From Hormoscilla sp. (GTDB lineage Bacteria; Cyanobacteriota; Cyanobacteriia; Cyanobacteriales; Desertifilaceae), in the NCBI GenBank assembly GCA_051439505.1, contig JBFRWI010000125.1, positions 1 through 35,002 on the forward strand: a stretch of 35,002 nucleotides of DNA, given 5' to 3'. The notes beneath the pieces were generated by a model that saw only the letters and a list, made by a program, of their open reading frames with translations, made no database searches and had not been told where the DNA came from. Made by a program: the position numbers and the translations under genes. Of this stretch, positions 1-9,051 are shown piece after piece; position 1 is the stretch's first letter; every line of letters starts with the position of its first letter.

Positions 1-577
1 GCAAAACTTCCTCACCCGATAACTCAACCGGATTTGACAATACCTCCACTTCCGATCGCAACCGATAAACTTCCACTTTTCTATTTTTCGGATCGATTAA
101 CCAGCCTAAAATAGCCCCATTGTCCATATACTCTTGCATTTTTTCTTGTAAAGATTTCAAGGTATCGGAATCCGAACGCAACTCCACCACAAAATCGGGA
201 CAAATATTAGCAAAACTTCTCTTTTGTTCTGGGGTCAGCGCATCCCAACGCGATCGACTCACCCAAGAAGCATCGGGAGAACGAGTTGCACCATTGGGTA
301 AAATGAAAGCCGTTGAAGAGTCAAAAGTCTGCCCTAAGTCTTCATTTTCTTCATCCCAGCGATCGAGTTGTCCGGTAATCCGACTATTCCGTTTGCCTGT
401 TTTCCAGCCTGTCGGTGGATTCACAATTAACTCTCCTTCTGCAGTTCTTTCCAGTCGCAAATCTCGATTGCTGGTAGCTAGGGCAGCAAACTGTTCTTGA
501 GTAACATAGAGCTTAAGAGTTGCGGGAATCTCGAGTAATAATGTTTCAGTTTCCGGTTGAATTGGTGTTTGTACCAT
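1..577 (-). CDS. Uma2 family (PDDEXK) endonuclease, 3' end runs off the window
   Basis: Hand translation from ATG at 577: MVQTPIQPET...FANICPDFVVELRSDSDTLKSLQEKMQEYMDNGAILGWLIDP...SGEEVL, typical Uma2 motifs. Not in the ORF track because it has no stop in the window. Confidence 0.9.
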   Translation of the reverse strand, partial: MVQTPIQPETETLLLEIPATLKLYVTQEQFAALATSNRDLRLERTAEGELIVNPPTGWKTGKRNSRITGQLDRWDEENEDLGQTFDSSTAFILPNGATRSPDASWVSRSRWDALTPEQKRSFANICPDFVVELRSDSDTLKSLQEKMQEYMDNGAILGWLIDPKNRKVEVYRLRSEVEVLSNPVELSGEEVL

Positions 578-691
578 CTTGACCTCTCAGATTACCGAGA
601 TTGATTGAGAAATATTTCCATTTTAACCGATCGCCAACATCCAAAACCCACCAGCAAAAAGAGCGAGTTAAGCGAATATGCAAATTAAAAG

Positions 692-765
692 CGGGACAGG
701 AGGGATTCGAACCCCCGACACCGTGGTCCGTAGCCACGTGCTCTAGTCCACTGAGCTACAAGCCC
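692..765 (-). tRNA. trnR-ACG: tRNA-Arg (anticodon ACG)
   Basis: Reverse complement is GGGCTTGTAGCTCAGTGGACTAGAGCACGTGGCT-ACG-GACCACGGTGTCGGGGGTTCGAATCCCTCCTGTCCCG. D arm, anticodon stem CGTGG/CCACG and T loop TTCGAAT are present; CCA is not encoded. Confidence 0.96.
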
Positions 766-834
766 TTATCCTTGGATGGGAGTTTTGGGTAATCCCTAAC
801 CTCCACATAAACTATCCTAACACAGGATTTCAGA

Positions 835-1332
835 ATGACAACAAATTTTTCCGAAAAAATTTTAAGCCACTTGGACCAGCAGGGACAAGCCCAGATGGTG
901 GATGTTTCCGCCAAGCCCCAGACTGTCCGAGAAGCAGTAGCTGCCGGTCAGGTGCGGATGTTGCCAGAAACCTTGGCCGCCATACAATCCGGTAACGCCC
1001 CCAAGGGCGATGTCTTAGCCACTGCTAGGATAGCAGGCATTATGGCAGCAAAGCAAACAGCACAGTTGATTCCCTTGTGTCACCCCCTACCCCTACAGAA
1101 AATTGAGGTCCAACTCACCCCAGACCCCCAGTTGCCTGGTTATCAGATTCGAGCTACAGTTAAAACTCTTGCCGTTACCGGTGTGGAAATGGAAGCCCTC
1201 ACCGCTGTCTCTGTGGCCGCCCTCACTCTCTATGATATGGCCAAAGCCTTGGAAAAGTCGATCCAGATTGAATCGATTCGTCTTTTGAGCAAAACCGGTG
1301 GCAAGTCCGGAGATTATCAGGCCAATATCTAG
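835..1332 (+). CDS. moaC: Cyclic pyranopterin monophosphate synthase MoaC
   Basis: [40 protein letters not shown] and KTGGKSG motifs. Confidence 0.97.
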   Translation: MTTNFSEKILSHLDQQGQAQMVDVSAKPQTVREAVAAGQVRMLPETLAAIQSGNAPKGDVLATARIAGIMAAKQTAQLIPLCHPLPLQKIEVQLTPDPQLPGYQIRATVKTLAVTGVEMEALTAVSVAALTLYDMAKALEKSIQIESIRLLSKTGGKSGDYQANI

Positions 1333-1859
1333 AATCTTCTGGGAGTAGAATATTGGCTGAGAACTTCCTTTCCCAGGCGGACGATCTTTTCTGGTCCCTC
1401 GATCATCAACAAGTACCGACCTTGACGCAGTTGATGCCGATAAAAACCGGCAGTGTTCCCTTCCCCGAAGAAACCGATTAAAGCTCCGATCGCCGCTCCA
1501 CAGAAGCCTAATAACAGACTAACAGTTGGGACGAACAGCCACCAATCGATATCTTCAAGGGGTATTAGTCCTAACTGATGGGCGATCGCCAGGGTACCGG
1601 TAATTACCAAGCCGGAGATCCCGGTAAAGATGCCCAGACGGTAGGCTTGATGCAGGGCAATTTGGGCCGGTTTGAACAGACCTACCCATTCGGGATTGTT
1701 GTATTCGGTGCCCACAAGGGCTAAATACTCTGGCGACATGCCGTGGTGTTGCAGCAGCCGGTAGGCTGCAAACGCCGCATCCGCATCGGGCAAAATGGCG
1801 ATCGCCAGGTGAGAGCGGCGTTTTAGCTTGGGTTTGCGAAAGTAGTGCGCGTTGTTCAC
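1329..1859 (-). CDS. Hypothetical membrane protein with two TM segments and a glycine-zipper-like second helix
   Basis: 176-aa ORF (GTG start) with two hydrophobic Gly-rich helices and a C-terminal '[12 protein letters not shown]' segment. Confidence 0.7.
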   Translation of the reverse strand: MNNAHYFRKPKLKRRSHLAIAILPDADAAFAAYRLLQHHGMSPEYLALVGTEYNNPEWVGLFKPAQIALHQAYRLGIFTGISGLVITGTLAIAHQLGLIPLEDIDWWLFVPTVSLLLGFCGAAIGALIGFFGEGNTAGFYRHQLRQGRYLLMIEGPEKIVRLGKEVLSQYSTPRRF

Positions 1860-1951
1860 ACAATCTAACCAGTGTAACAGCTCTGTCCCATCTTACTGAA
1901 TTGTAACTCTACTCAACGACAACCTGTGTATAGAGGAATTTCACCTACCGC

Positions 1952-2115
1952 TGTCATTGCGAGGGGGGATTCCAAACCGAGATGAAAGGAACTCCACTAA
2001 CAGACCCCCCGAAGCAATCTCCCCACCAATAGATCTCGGTTGAGATTGCTTCGGGGGGGGGATGCTAGTGCAAGATGATGATTCTTCGCTTTGGCACCCC
2101 CCCCTCGCAATGACA
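1952..2115. repeat. Nested palindromic element (TGTCATTGCGAG...GAAGCAATCTC/GAGATTGCTTCG...CTCGCAATGACA), copy 1
   Basis: Terminal inverted repeat plus an internal inverted repeat; the same scaffold recurs at 12487-12669. Confidence 0.85.
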
Positions 2116-2209
2116 TGAACAACTTTTTCCTTCAGTCAGTGCCATTCCTGTATAGAGGACAGCCGATTGCGATAAGTTAGAACTACTTTTTATTTTTCTC
2201 GTACTGCCT

Positions 2210-2488
2210 ATGCCTCCGAAATGGCCTCGTCAACCCGATCGCCGGGACCCGGACTACCGACGTTTGGACGATCGGATGAATTTTGCCTTCCATGTAGCTG
2301 TTTTTGCCGCTAGCAATTCTGGTTTGTGGTTTTTCCACGTTTTGCGGCCCCAAACCCTGCTGTGGGTACAGTGGTTTACCCTCAGCTGGCTATTGCTGCT
2401 GTTGGGTCATGGGGTCTATGTTTTCGCGATCGCCTCCTACTCGGAAGCATCATCTGCGGACAGTCCGCCCAAATCTTCTTCAGGATAA
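2210..2488 (+). CDS. 2TM-domain small membrane protein (conserved cyanobacterial)
   Basis: MPPKWPRQPDRRDPDYRRLDDRMNFAFHVAVF followed by two TM helices. Confidence 0.8.
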   Translation: MPPKWPRQPDRRDPDYRRLDDRMNFAFHVAVFAASNSGLWFFHVLRPQTLLWVQWFTLSWLLLLLGHGVYVFAIASYSEASSADSPPKSSSG

Positions 2489-2500
2489 AGGTTAAGTAAG

Positions 2501-2530
2501 AAACCCGGTTTTTGGTGCGAAACCGGGTTT
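2501..2530. terminator. Hairpin between convergent genes (AAACCCGGTTT/AAACCGGGTTT repeat family)
   Basis: Perfect 11-bp inverted repeat; a related hairpin lies at 6845-6877. Confidence 0.6.
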
Positions 2531-2542
2531 TGTGGGTGATTT

Positions 2543-3139
2543 TTAAGCCAATAATTCATCTACAGCTACATTAAAACCAAGCAGGACTTTCTGAGTGCTG
2601 ACAACCTCACCAGAAACAAACACCAGTCGTGATTCGGAAGTATTCACCATTATCAAACGATTGTCAGGATACACTAACCATACTTCCTGACCACCCGACT
2701 GTAAATACTCTTGAGATTTGGCCATGACTTCAACGGCAAAATCTGTAGGTGAAATTATTTCAGCGATCAAAGGAAAACTCTGAGGAAGCACTGCCTCATT
2801 GCCAAACTGGGCCAGCAGATCCGGTGTAAGGTAGGCAACATCAGGCTTACGTCCTCTGCCAATAGTACGACAGGGCGCATCTGTATAAACTTCTCCTCCT
2901 TGTTTATTAGAGTCCTTGTAATTTTTCCAGTACGATCCTAACCTTAACTGAATCTGACCGTGCTTGAGTGTCATGCCATTTTTCTCCAGTAATTGTCCAT
3001 CCACCCACTCCATATCTGGGGGGTTGCGCATATAGTCATCTAGGGTGATAATTGGTGATTCTTTATCTGGGGGGTTGCGCATATAGTCATCTAGGGTGAT
3101 GACTTCCGATTCTTCTGAAACAATTGTAGAAGCTACCAT
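2543..3139 (-). CDS. Uma2 family endonuclease with a duplicated N-terminal segment
   Basis: EWVDGQL, RKPDVAY, PLIAEIISP and EVWLVYP motifs; ITLDDYMRNPPD occurs twice. Confidence 0.9.
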   Translation of the reverse strand: MVASTIVSEESEVITLDDYMRNPPDKESPIITLDDYMRNPPDMEWVDGQLLEKNGMTLKHGQIQLRLGSYWKNYKDSNKQGGEVYTDAPCRTIGRGRKPDVAYLTPDLLAQFGNEAVLPQSFPLIAEIISPTDFAVEVMAKSQEYLQSGGQEVWLVYPDNRLIMVNTSESRLVFVSGEVVSTQKVLLGFNVAVDELLA

Positions 3140-3272
3140 TGCTATCTATTCTCCTTGGTAGTATAATCCTTAGAAGGACTAAAGTCCTTACTACAAACTG
3201 GCAGTCCTGTGCTACATTGGGATAAGGGGCGGATTTGCTCCTATAATTAGTATATCATACTAGATCGCTATT

Positions 3273-3581
3273 ATGGCTAACTGGAACACGACAGAAGCAA
3301 TTGAATCACTTGCTGCCGAAATTGGCGACAAAGTCTACATAGACATCGCTAAATGGCATCTATACTTAAATGATGCCCATTTACACACAGTCCTGGCCGA
3401 GCAATTCTATCCCATGCTTGCCGATAATAATCTACAAGAAGGCCAGGTGCTACAAATACTGCAAAATATCCCTGTTAAGCTAGGCGGCGGCAAACGGGAA
3501 ATCCCTCTAGCTGAACTCATTCCCATGCAGGCACAAATGAATCTCATGGATCTACTCGAAGAGTTTCAGCGCCAAATGTAG
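3273..3581 (+). CDS. DUF3181 family protein
   Basis: IESLAAEIGDKVYIDIAKWHLYL and IPVKLGGGK resemble this conserved cyanobacterial/plastid family. Confidence 0.8.
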   Translation: MANWNTTEAIESLAAEIGDKVYIDIAKWHLYLNDAHLHTVLAEQFYPMLADNNLQEGQVLQILQNIPVKLGGGKREIPLAELIPMQAQMNLMDLLEEFQRQM

Positions 3582-3709
3582 CTAATGCTAATGGCTAATG
3601 ATTATTGCGATTAGCCATTAGCAATTGATTGGTGGTCTTGCACCAGTTGGGAAAAAAATACCACACCCACTTCTGGTGGGCGGTGCCAGAATGGTGGGCG
3701 GTGCCCACC

Positions 3710-5323
3710 CTACGAATGCAATTTCTGCCGCAGGCGGGACATAAACATGTCAACTTCTGGTAATTTTAACTGGGTGGCAAATAGGAAAAATACCCCTAAG
3801 CCGATAGTTGCTGATATTATCAGTTCCAGAATTTGGGTTACCAAGCCTTCTGTCCCGAAAATTTGCTCCCAATGTTGTGCCGTGGCGTAGCTGGCAACAC
3901 CAGCTAATATGCTGCCGACGATCAAAGCGGCGATCGGCAAACTCCATTTGAGTAAGGGCAAACCATGCAGCTTGCGATCGAGTAACCATAACATGGCTAC
4001 CATGGAAATCACATTCACGCCCACGGTGGCGAGGACTAAACCGGGTGCCCCGAAGCTATTAATCAGCAGATAATCCAGCACGACATTCAATGCTATATTA
4101 ATGATACTGACTCTAAAGGGCGTCTGTCCGTCACCCAAAGCATAGAATACTCTCACTAAAACATCCCGCCCTAAATAGACAAACATCCCGACACCGTAAG
4201 CCATCAGCATCGGTGCGACAAATTGGGATGCACCCCGATCGAAGGCACCCCGTTCGTATACTACTCGCACGATCGGGACTGCGAGAACGATCATCAGGGC
4301 CCCCAGGGGCAACATAGTTAAACCCGTGACGATCAACCCTTGGCGAATTCTTAATTTTAGTTCGGGCCAGTCATTGGGGTCTGCTAACCGCGATAATATT
4401 GGTAACAATGGCACCAAGATCGTATTGGAAAGAATTCCCAAAGGCGTTTGCACTAATAAACCAGCATAAGCTAAGGCGGCAGCAGTTTGGGGAATGAAAG
4501 AAGCAAAGAATAAATCGGTCCAGACATTAATCTGCATCATGCCCGAGGAAAAGGTGGCTGGCCCCATGACCTTCAGCACTTCCGAAACCCCAGGCTGCCG
4601 AAAATTAAACCTCAGACGCAAGCTGCCTAAGCCCGATCGCCATTGGGCAATAAGCTGCATCAACCATTGTAATATCGCACCTACCAGAGTAGACCAGGCT
4701 AACACGACTCCCCCTAGTAGGGCATATTCGGGCAGGATAATTTTCTCCCCCAGCTGCAGGGCTAATATCCCTATGCCAGCAATTAATGCTACGCTGGAAA
4801 ATAAGGGACTGATGGATGGCAGCCAATATAGATCGGCGGCAGTCAGAGTGCCAAAACCCAGGCCAATTAAACCCGCAAGTAGGGCCAGCGGTGCCATGAT
4901 CCGGAATTGCTGGATCGCGATCGCGCGAATTTCCATCCCTTCTGGGGTCTCAGTCAAGCCCGGTGCCACGAGATCGATCGCGGGATGGGCAAAGAAGATC
5001 AAAGCAATGGTAACGGGCAGTAAAATGCAGCTAACTAAGGTAGTGATGGTTTCTACCAGGGGGGCAGTTTCTTCAGCCTTGCGCTTAGCTAAGGCACTGA
5101 CGATCGCGCTATGGAAGGGTCCATTGATGCCCCCTAGCAACACTAACAGAAAGCCTGGGATAACATAAGCGTAGGTGTAGGCATCCACGGCGGGACCGAC
5201 GCCAAAAGCAGCCGCGATCGCTTGCTGGCGTACCAACCCAAAGATTTTACTAATCAGCGTGGCAGCAGCCACAATACTGGCAATGGAAACCAGAGAACGT
5301 TTGGCTTGGTTTTGTTCTTCCAC
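3710..5323 (-). CDS. murJ: Lipid II flippase MurJ (MviN)
   Basis: ATLISKIFGLVRQ..IAAAFG.G...DAY, GGINGPFHSA, YERGAF and RVFYALGD motifs; many TM helices. Confidence 0.95.
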   Translation of the reverse strand: MEEQNQAKRSLVSIASIVAAATLISKIFGLVRQQAIAAAFGVGPAVDAYTYAYVIPGFLLVLLGGINGPFHSAIVSALAKRKAEETAPLVETITTLVSCILLPVTIALIFFAHPAIDLVAPGLTETPEGMEIRAIAIQQFRIMAPLALLAGLIGLGFGTLTAADLYWLPSISPLFSSVALIAGIGILALQLGEKIILPEYALLGGVVLAWSTLVGAILQWLMQLIAQWRSGLGSLRLRFNFRQPGVSEVLKVMGPATFSSGMMQINVWTDLFFASFIPQTAAALAYAGLLVQTPLGILSNTILVPLLPILSRLADPNDWPELKLRIRQGLIVTGLTMLPLGALMIVLAVPIVRVVYERGAFDRGASQFVAPMLMAYGVGMFVYLGRDVLVRVFYALGDGQTPFRVSIINIALNVVLDYLLINSFGAPGLVLATVGVNVISMVAMLWLLDRKLHGLPLLKWSLPIAALIVGSILAGVASYATAQHWEQIFGTEGLVTQILELIISATIGLGVFFLFATQLKLPEVDMFMSRLRQKLHS

Positions 5324-5379
5324 GAGTTAAGCTGAGATAATGGCTAATGGCTAATTGTATCCTGGCAAGCTGAGTAACA

Positions 5380-6453
5380 ATGAATTCATCTACTGACATC
5401 CTGATTATTGGCGGTGGCTGGCTCGGTCTGGCGATCGCGATCGAGTTAAAATTGCGTGGTGCTAATGTCACAGTCCTGAGTCGCAACTTTACCGAAGCTG
5501 CTGCCCATGTCGCTGCGGGTATGCTTGCGCCCCAAGCTGAGGGCATTCCTCCTGGTCCCATGCTTGACCTGTGCTTGCGCAGTCGGGCTATGTATCCCGA
5601 CTGGACTAGCAAGTTAACAGCAATTACTGGCTTAGACACGGGCTACTGGCCCTGCGGCATTCTCGCCCCAGTCTACGATATTCCCGATAACATTACCACT
5701 ACATCGGATGCCAAATGGCTAGATAAAAAGGAGATTCATCAATTTCAGGATGGTTTGGGTGCAGATGTGGTGGGAGGTTGGTGGTTTCCTAAAGATGCCC
5801 AGGTTGATAATCGCAGGGCTTTAGGGAAAGTGCTGCAAGTGGCGGCCCAAGAATTAGGGGTGGAAGTAGGGGAGGGGATAGAAGTAAAAAAAATCCAGCA
5901 GCAGCAAGGACAAGTTATCGGTCTCCAGACCAACAGGGGAGAAATGCGCGGGTCGCAGTACATCCTGGCAACGGGTGCCTGGTCGGGTCAGTTATTATCC
6001 GTGCCAGTCTATCCTAAAAAGGGGCAACTTTTCTCGGTCCGAGTGCCAGAATCATACCAGGAATTGCCCCTACAGCGAGTGCTATTTGGTCCCAATACTT
6101 ATATCGTGCCTCGCCGGGATGGTTTGATTGTCATTGGTGCGACTGCCGAAGATGTAGCTTTCACTCCCCACAATACCCCAGACGGAATGCACGCATTGCA
6201 AGGGCGGGCAATTCGCCTTTACCCAGTCCTCAAAGATTTTCCAATTCAAGAGTTTTGGTGGGGATATCGACCTGCAACTCCAGATGAATTGCCAATTCTC
6301 GGTCCCAGTCCTTGGCCAAATTTAACCCTGGCGATCGGGCATTACCGCAATGGCATTCTCCTGGCACCCGCGACCGCGAACTTAATTGCCGATTTTGTTT
6401 GCCAGCACAAGTCCGATCCTCTGCTATCACATTTCCGCTGGGATAGGTTTTAA
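5380..6453 (+). CDS. thiO: Glycine oxidase ThiO (stand-alone)
   Basis: IIGGGWLG FAD motif, AAGMLAPQAE, P.KGQ, YIVPR, G.RP.TPDELPILG and GHYRNGILLAP. Confidence 0.92.
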   Translation: MNSSTDILIIGGGWLGLAIAIELKLRGANVTVLSRNFTEAAAHVAAGMLAPQAEGIPPGPMLDLCLRSRAMYPDWTSKLTAITGLDTGYWPCGILAPVYDIPDNITTTSDAKWLDKKEIHQFQDGLGADVVGGWWFPKDAQVDNRRALGKVLQVAAQELGVEVGEGIEVKKIQQQQGQVIGLQTNRGEMRGSQYILATGAWSGQLLSVPVYPKKGQLFSVRVPESYQELPLQRVLFGPNTYIVPRRDGLIVIGATAEDVAFTPHNTPDGMHALQGRAIRLYPVLKDFPIQEFWWGYRPATPDELPILGPSPWPNLTLAIGHYRNGILLAPATANLIADFVCQHKSDPLLSHFRWDRF

Positions 6454-6464
6454 TATCATCGATC

Positions 6465-6573
6465 TTGTTCCCTGACTCTGGCAGGGAACGCCCATAACGA
6501 GGCTCTGCCTCCTAATATATTAACAGGAGGCAGAGCCTCTCGGAATCGTTGCTAGCTAGAAACTAGCAACGAG
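6465..6573. repeat. Multi-hairpin REP/MITE-like element
   Basis: GTTCCCTG/CAGGGAAC, GAGGCTCTGCCTCCT/AGGAGGCAGAGCCTC and CGTTGCTAG/CTAGCAACG inverted repeats. Confidence 0.7.
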
Positions 6574-6624
6574 GGAAGCATGCTTGCCATCGCAATTTGT
6601 TAATTCGCAATTATCCCTTAGCTT

Positions 6625-6830
6625 ATGATCAGTATAGCCACGCCAACAAAAACACTGGAAGAGTTCTTACAACTCCCAGAAACCAAACCAGCGTCTGAGT
6701 TTATTGATGGAGAAATTGTACAAAAAAAGATGCCTCAAGGTGAACATAGTGTGCTGCAATGGGAACTTAGCACAGCCATAAACCAACCCCAGAAGATTGC
6801 TATAGCATTCCCATAGTTACGCTGTTCAGA
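6625..6830 (+). pseudogene. Uma2 family endonuclease fragment
   Basis: TLEEFLQLPETKPASEFIDGEI...IAFP-TAG-LRCS. The expected FPELRC has Glu replaced by a stop, and homology ends just before the 6845-6877 hairpin. Confidence 0.85.
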
Positions 6831-7081
6831 GATAAAAATTGCAAAGAAACCTGGTTTTTCCAAAAAACCAGGTTTCTGGGTCGGGCGCAGGCGGGATACT
6901 GGTGAAACTTCATTTAGTGAGGGAACTTTCTAAAGAAAGCATTAAAATTAGGGCGGTGATGTGGAGATGGTAGTAAAAAATATGAGGTAAAAAAACTCAA
7001 GATATCTACGTTCGCAGATTAACGCAGATATAATATTTGGTTACACTGAAAATTGAAAAGATTGGAACGGAGGAGAACGGA

Positions 7082-8566
7082 ATGGGAAAACCAACTGGCT
7101 TTATGGAATATGTTCGTGAGGAACATTCCGAACTGCCCCCCCTCGATCGCATCGGTAACTGGGATGAATTTCACCTGCCCATGGCGGAGGAAAAACTCGG
7201 CACCCAAGCGGCCCGTTGCATGGACTGCGGTACGCCCTTTTGCCACACGGGAACGCTGATCAATCGCATGGCCAGCGGTTGCCCGATTAATAATTTGATC
7301 CCGGAATGGAATGACCTGGTCTATCGCGGTCTCTGGGAAGAAGCCCTCGATCGCCTGCACAAAACTAACAATTTCCCGGAATTCACTGGCCGGGTTTGCC
7401 CCGCACCCTGCGAAGGATCCTGCGTCCTGGGTATCCACAACCCCCCCGTGACGATCAAAAATATTGAATGCGCGATCGCCGATAAAGGTTGGGAGTCGGG
7501 GTGGATAAAGGCCGAACCTCCCCAAAAGCGTACTGGTAAAAAGGTGGCGGTAGTGGGTTCTGGCCCGGCGGGTCTCTGCGCTGCGGCCCAACTGAATAAG
7601 GCCGGTCATTTGGTGACGGTCTACGAACGGGCCGATCGCCCGGGGGGTCTGCTGATGTATGGCATTCCCAACATGAAGCTGGACAAGCAGGAAGTAGTGA
7701 TGCGCCGCCTGGAAGTTTTGGAAGCGGAAGGGGTGAAGTTCCTTTGCAATACGGAAGTGGGCAAGGACTTACCCGCCGAAAATCTCCTGAAGGAATTCGA
7801 TGCTACGGTTCTCTGCGTGGGCGCGACCAAACCCCGAGACCTGCCCATCGAAGGTCGAGAGTTGCAGGGTATCCACTTTGCGATGGAGTTTCTCACCTCC
7901 AACACGAAGGCAGTTCTAGACAGGGACAAGAATGGCAGCTTTATTTCTGCGGAAGGCAAAGATGTCGTCATTATTGGGGGTGGTGACACCGGTACGGACT
8001 GCGTGGGTACGTCCATTCGCCACGGTTGCAAGAGTCTGATCCAACTGGAAATCATGCCCAAACCGCCCCTAGAACGGGCCCCCAATAATCCCTGGCCCGA
8101 ATGGCCCAAGGTATATCGGATGGACTACGGTCAGGAGGAAGCTGCGGCCAAGTTTGGGGAAGATCCCCGCAGCTATGTGACTACGGCGACCAAGTTCGAG
8201 GGGGATGAAAACGGACGAGTGAAAGCAGTTCACATCGTGCAGGTAGAGTGGCAGAAAAACGAACAAGGTCGGTTCATTCCCCAGCATGTCCCGGGTACGG
8301 AAAAAGTGATACCGGCCCAGTTGGTGCTGCTGGCCATGGGCTTCCTGGGTCCCGAACAGCCGCTGTTAGATTCCTTGGGACTCGATCGGGATCCTCGCAG
8401 CAACATTAAAGCCGAGTATAACGAATATGCAACTAGCATTCCTGGGGTCTTCGCTGCTGGTGACTGCCGTCGCGGTCAAAGTTTGGTAGTCTGGGCTTTT
8501 AATGAAGGTCGTGGGGTGGCCCGGGAGTGCGATCGCTACCTAATGGGCAGCACCGACCTACCTTAA
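7082..8566 (+). CDS. gltD: Glutamate synthase small subunit (NAD(P)H-GOGAT)
   Basis: MGKPTGF start, [41 protein letters not shown] and [17 protein letters not shown] 7082 is preferred over 7037 (GGAG upstream, canonical N-terminus). Confidence 0.95.
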   Translation: MGKPTGFMEYVREEHSELPPLDRIGNWDEFHLPMAEEKLGTQAARCMDCGTPFCHTGTLINRMASGCPINNLIPEWNDLVYRGLWEEALDRLHKTNNFPEFTGRVCPAPCEGSCVLGIHNPPVTIKNIECAIADKGWESGWIKAEPPQKRTGKKVAVVGSGPAGLCAAAQLNKAGHLVTVYERADRPGGLLMYGIPNMKLDKQEVVMRRLEVLEAEGVKFLCNTEVGKDLPAENLLKEFDATVLCVGATKPRDLPIEGRELQGIHFAMEFLTSNTKAVLDRDKNGSFISAEGKDVVIIGGGDTGTDCVGTSIRHGCKSLIQLEIMPKPPLERAPNNPWPEWPKVYRMDYGQEEAAAKFGEDPRSYVTTATKFEGDENGRVKAVHIVQVEWQKNEQGRFIPQHVPGTEKVIPAQLVLLAMGFLGPEQPLLDSLGLDRDPRSNIKAEYNEYATSIPGVFAAGDCRRGQSLVVWAFNEGRGVARECDRYLMGSTDLP

Positions 8567-8662
8567 ACTTAATCCAGGTTTGTAGTGAGGACTTTAGTCC
8601 TCATCAGGTTTGTAGTAACTGTAGGTTGGGTAGAGGAACGAAACCCAACCGGCAAGATAACG

Positions 8663-8898
8663 TTAGTTGGTGGCTAAACGTTCAGCAAGGTAGGTTTCGA
8701 CGATCGCTTGGGGGGTAACCCCTAGGCGGTTGGCAACTCGGTTGAAGCTGTTCGATCATCCAGTTCGATCGTCCAGGTGGGTAGGTCGAGTTGGATGCGT
8801 TGCTGTTTCCGTCGGGGGCGTTTAGCCTTGGATAGGTCAAGCAGTTGGCTGATGTCTTCACCAGCGTCAAATTTTCGGTCAAATTCTTGAGCTTTCAT
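8663..8898 (-). pseudogene. BrnA/CopG-like antitoxin, frameshifted
   Basis: MKAQEFDRKFDAGEDISQLLDLSKAKRP...LDLPTW. A 13-nt duplication and a further +1 shift follow, and the natural tail RVANRLGVTPQAIVETYLAERLATN* lies in another frame. Confidence 0.75.
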
Positions 8899-8938
8899 AC
8901 AGTGCAACCTCTTCTGTTCGGGATCTGCGGACTGAGAT
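8879..8938 (-). pseudogene. BrnT-like toxin C-terminal remnant
   Basis: ISVRRSRTEEVALYESSRI* overlaps the antitoxin start; the rest of the toxin is absent and a hairpin repeat lies upstream. Confidence 0.6.
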
Positions 8939-8973
8939 AAACGAGGGTAAAACGCTTTGGGCGACAAAGTTTC

Positions 8974-9029
8974 CAGTGGGTTTTAACCCACTTAAGCTAT
9001 TAGCCGGGGGTTTTAACCCCCGGCGGGCC
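8974..9029. repeat. Double-hairpin repeat, related copy at 34374-34430
   Basis: CAGTGGGTTTTAACCCACTTAAGCTATTAGCCGGGGGTTTTAACCCCCGGCGGGCC vs CAGTCGGTTTTCAACCGACTTCAGCTATTAGCAGGGGGTTTGAACCCCCTGCGGGCC, with compensating stem changes. Confidence 0.75.
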
Positions 9030-9051
9030 AGGAGGCTTATCTACGAACCCC

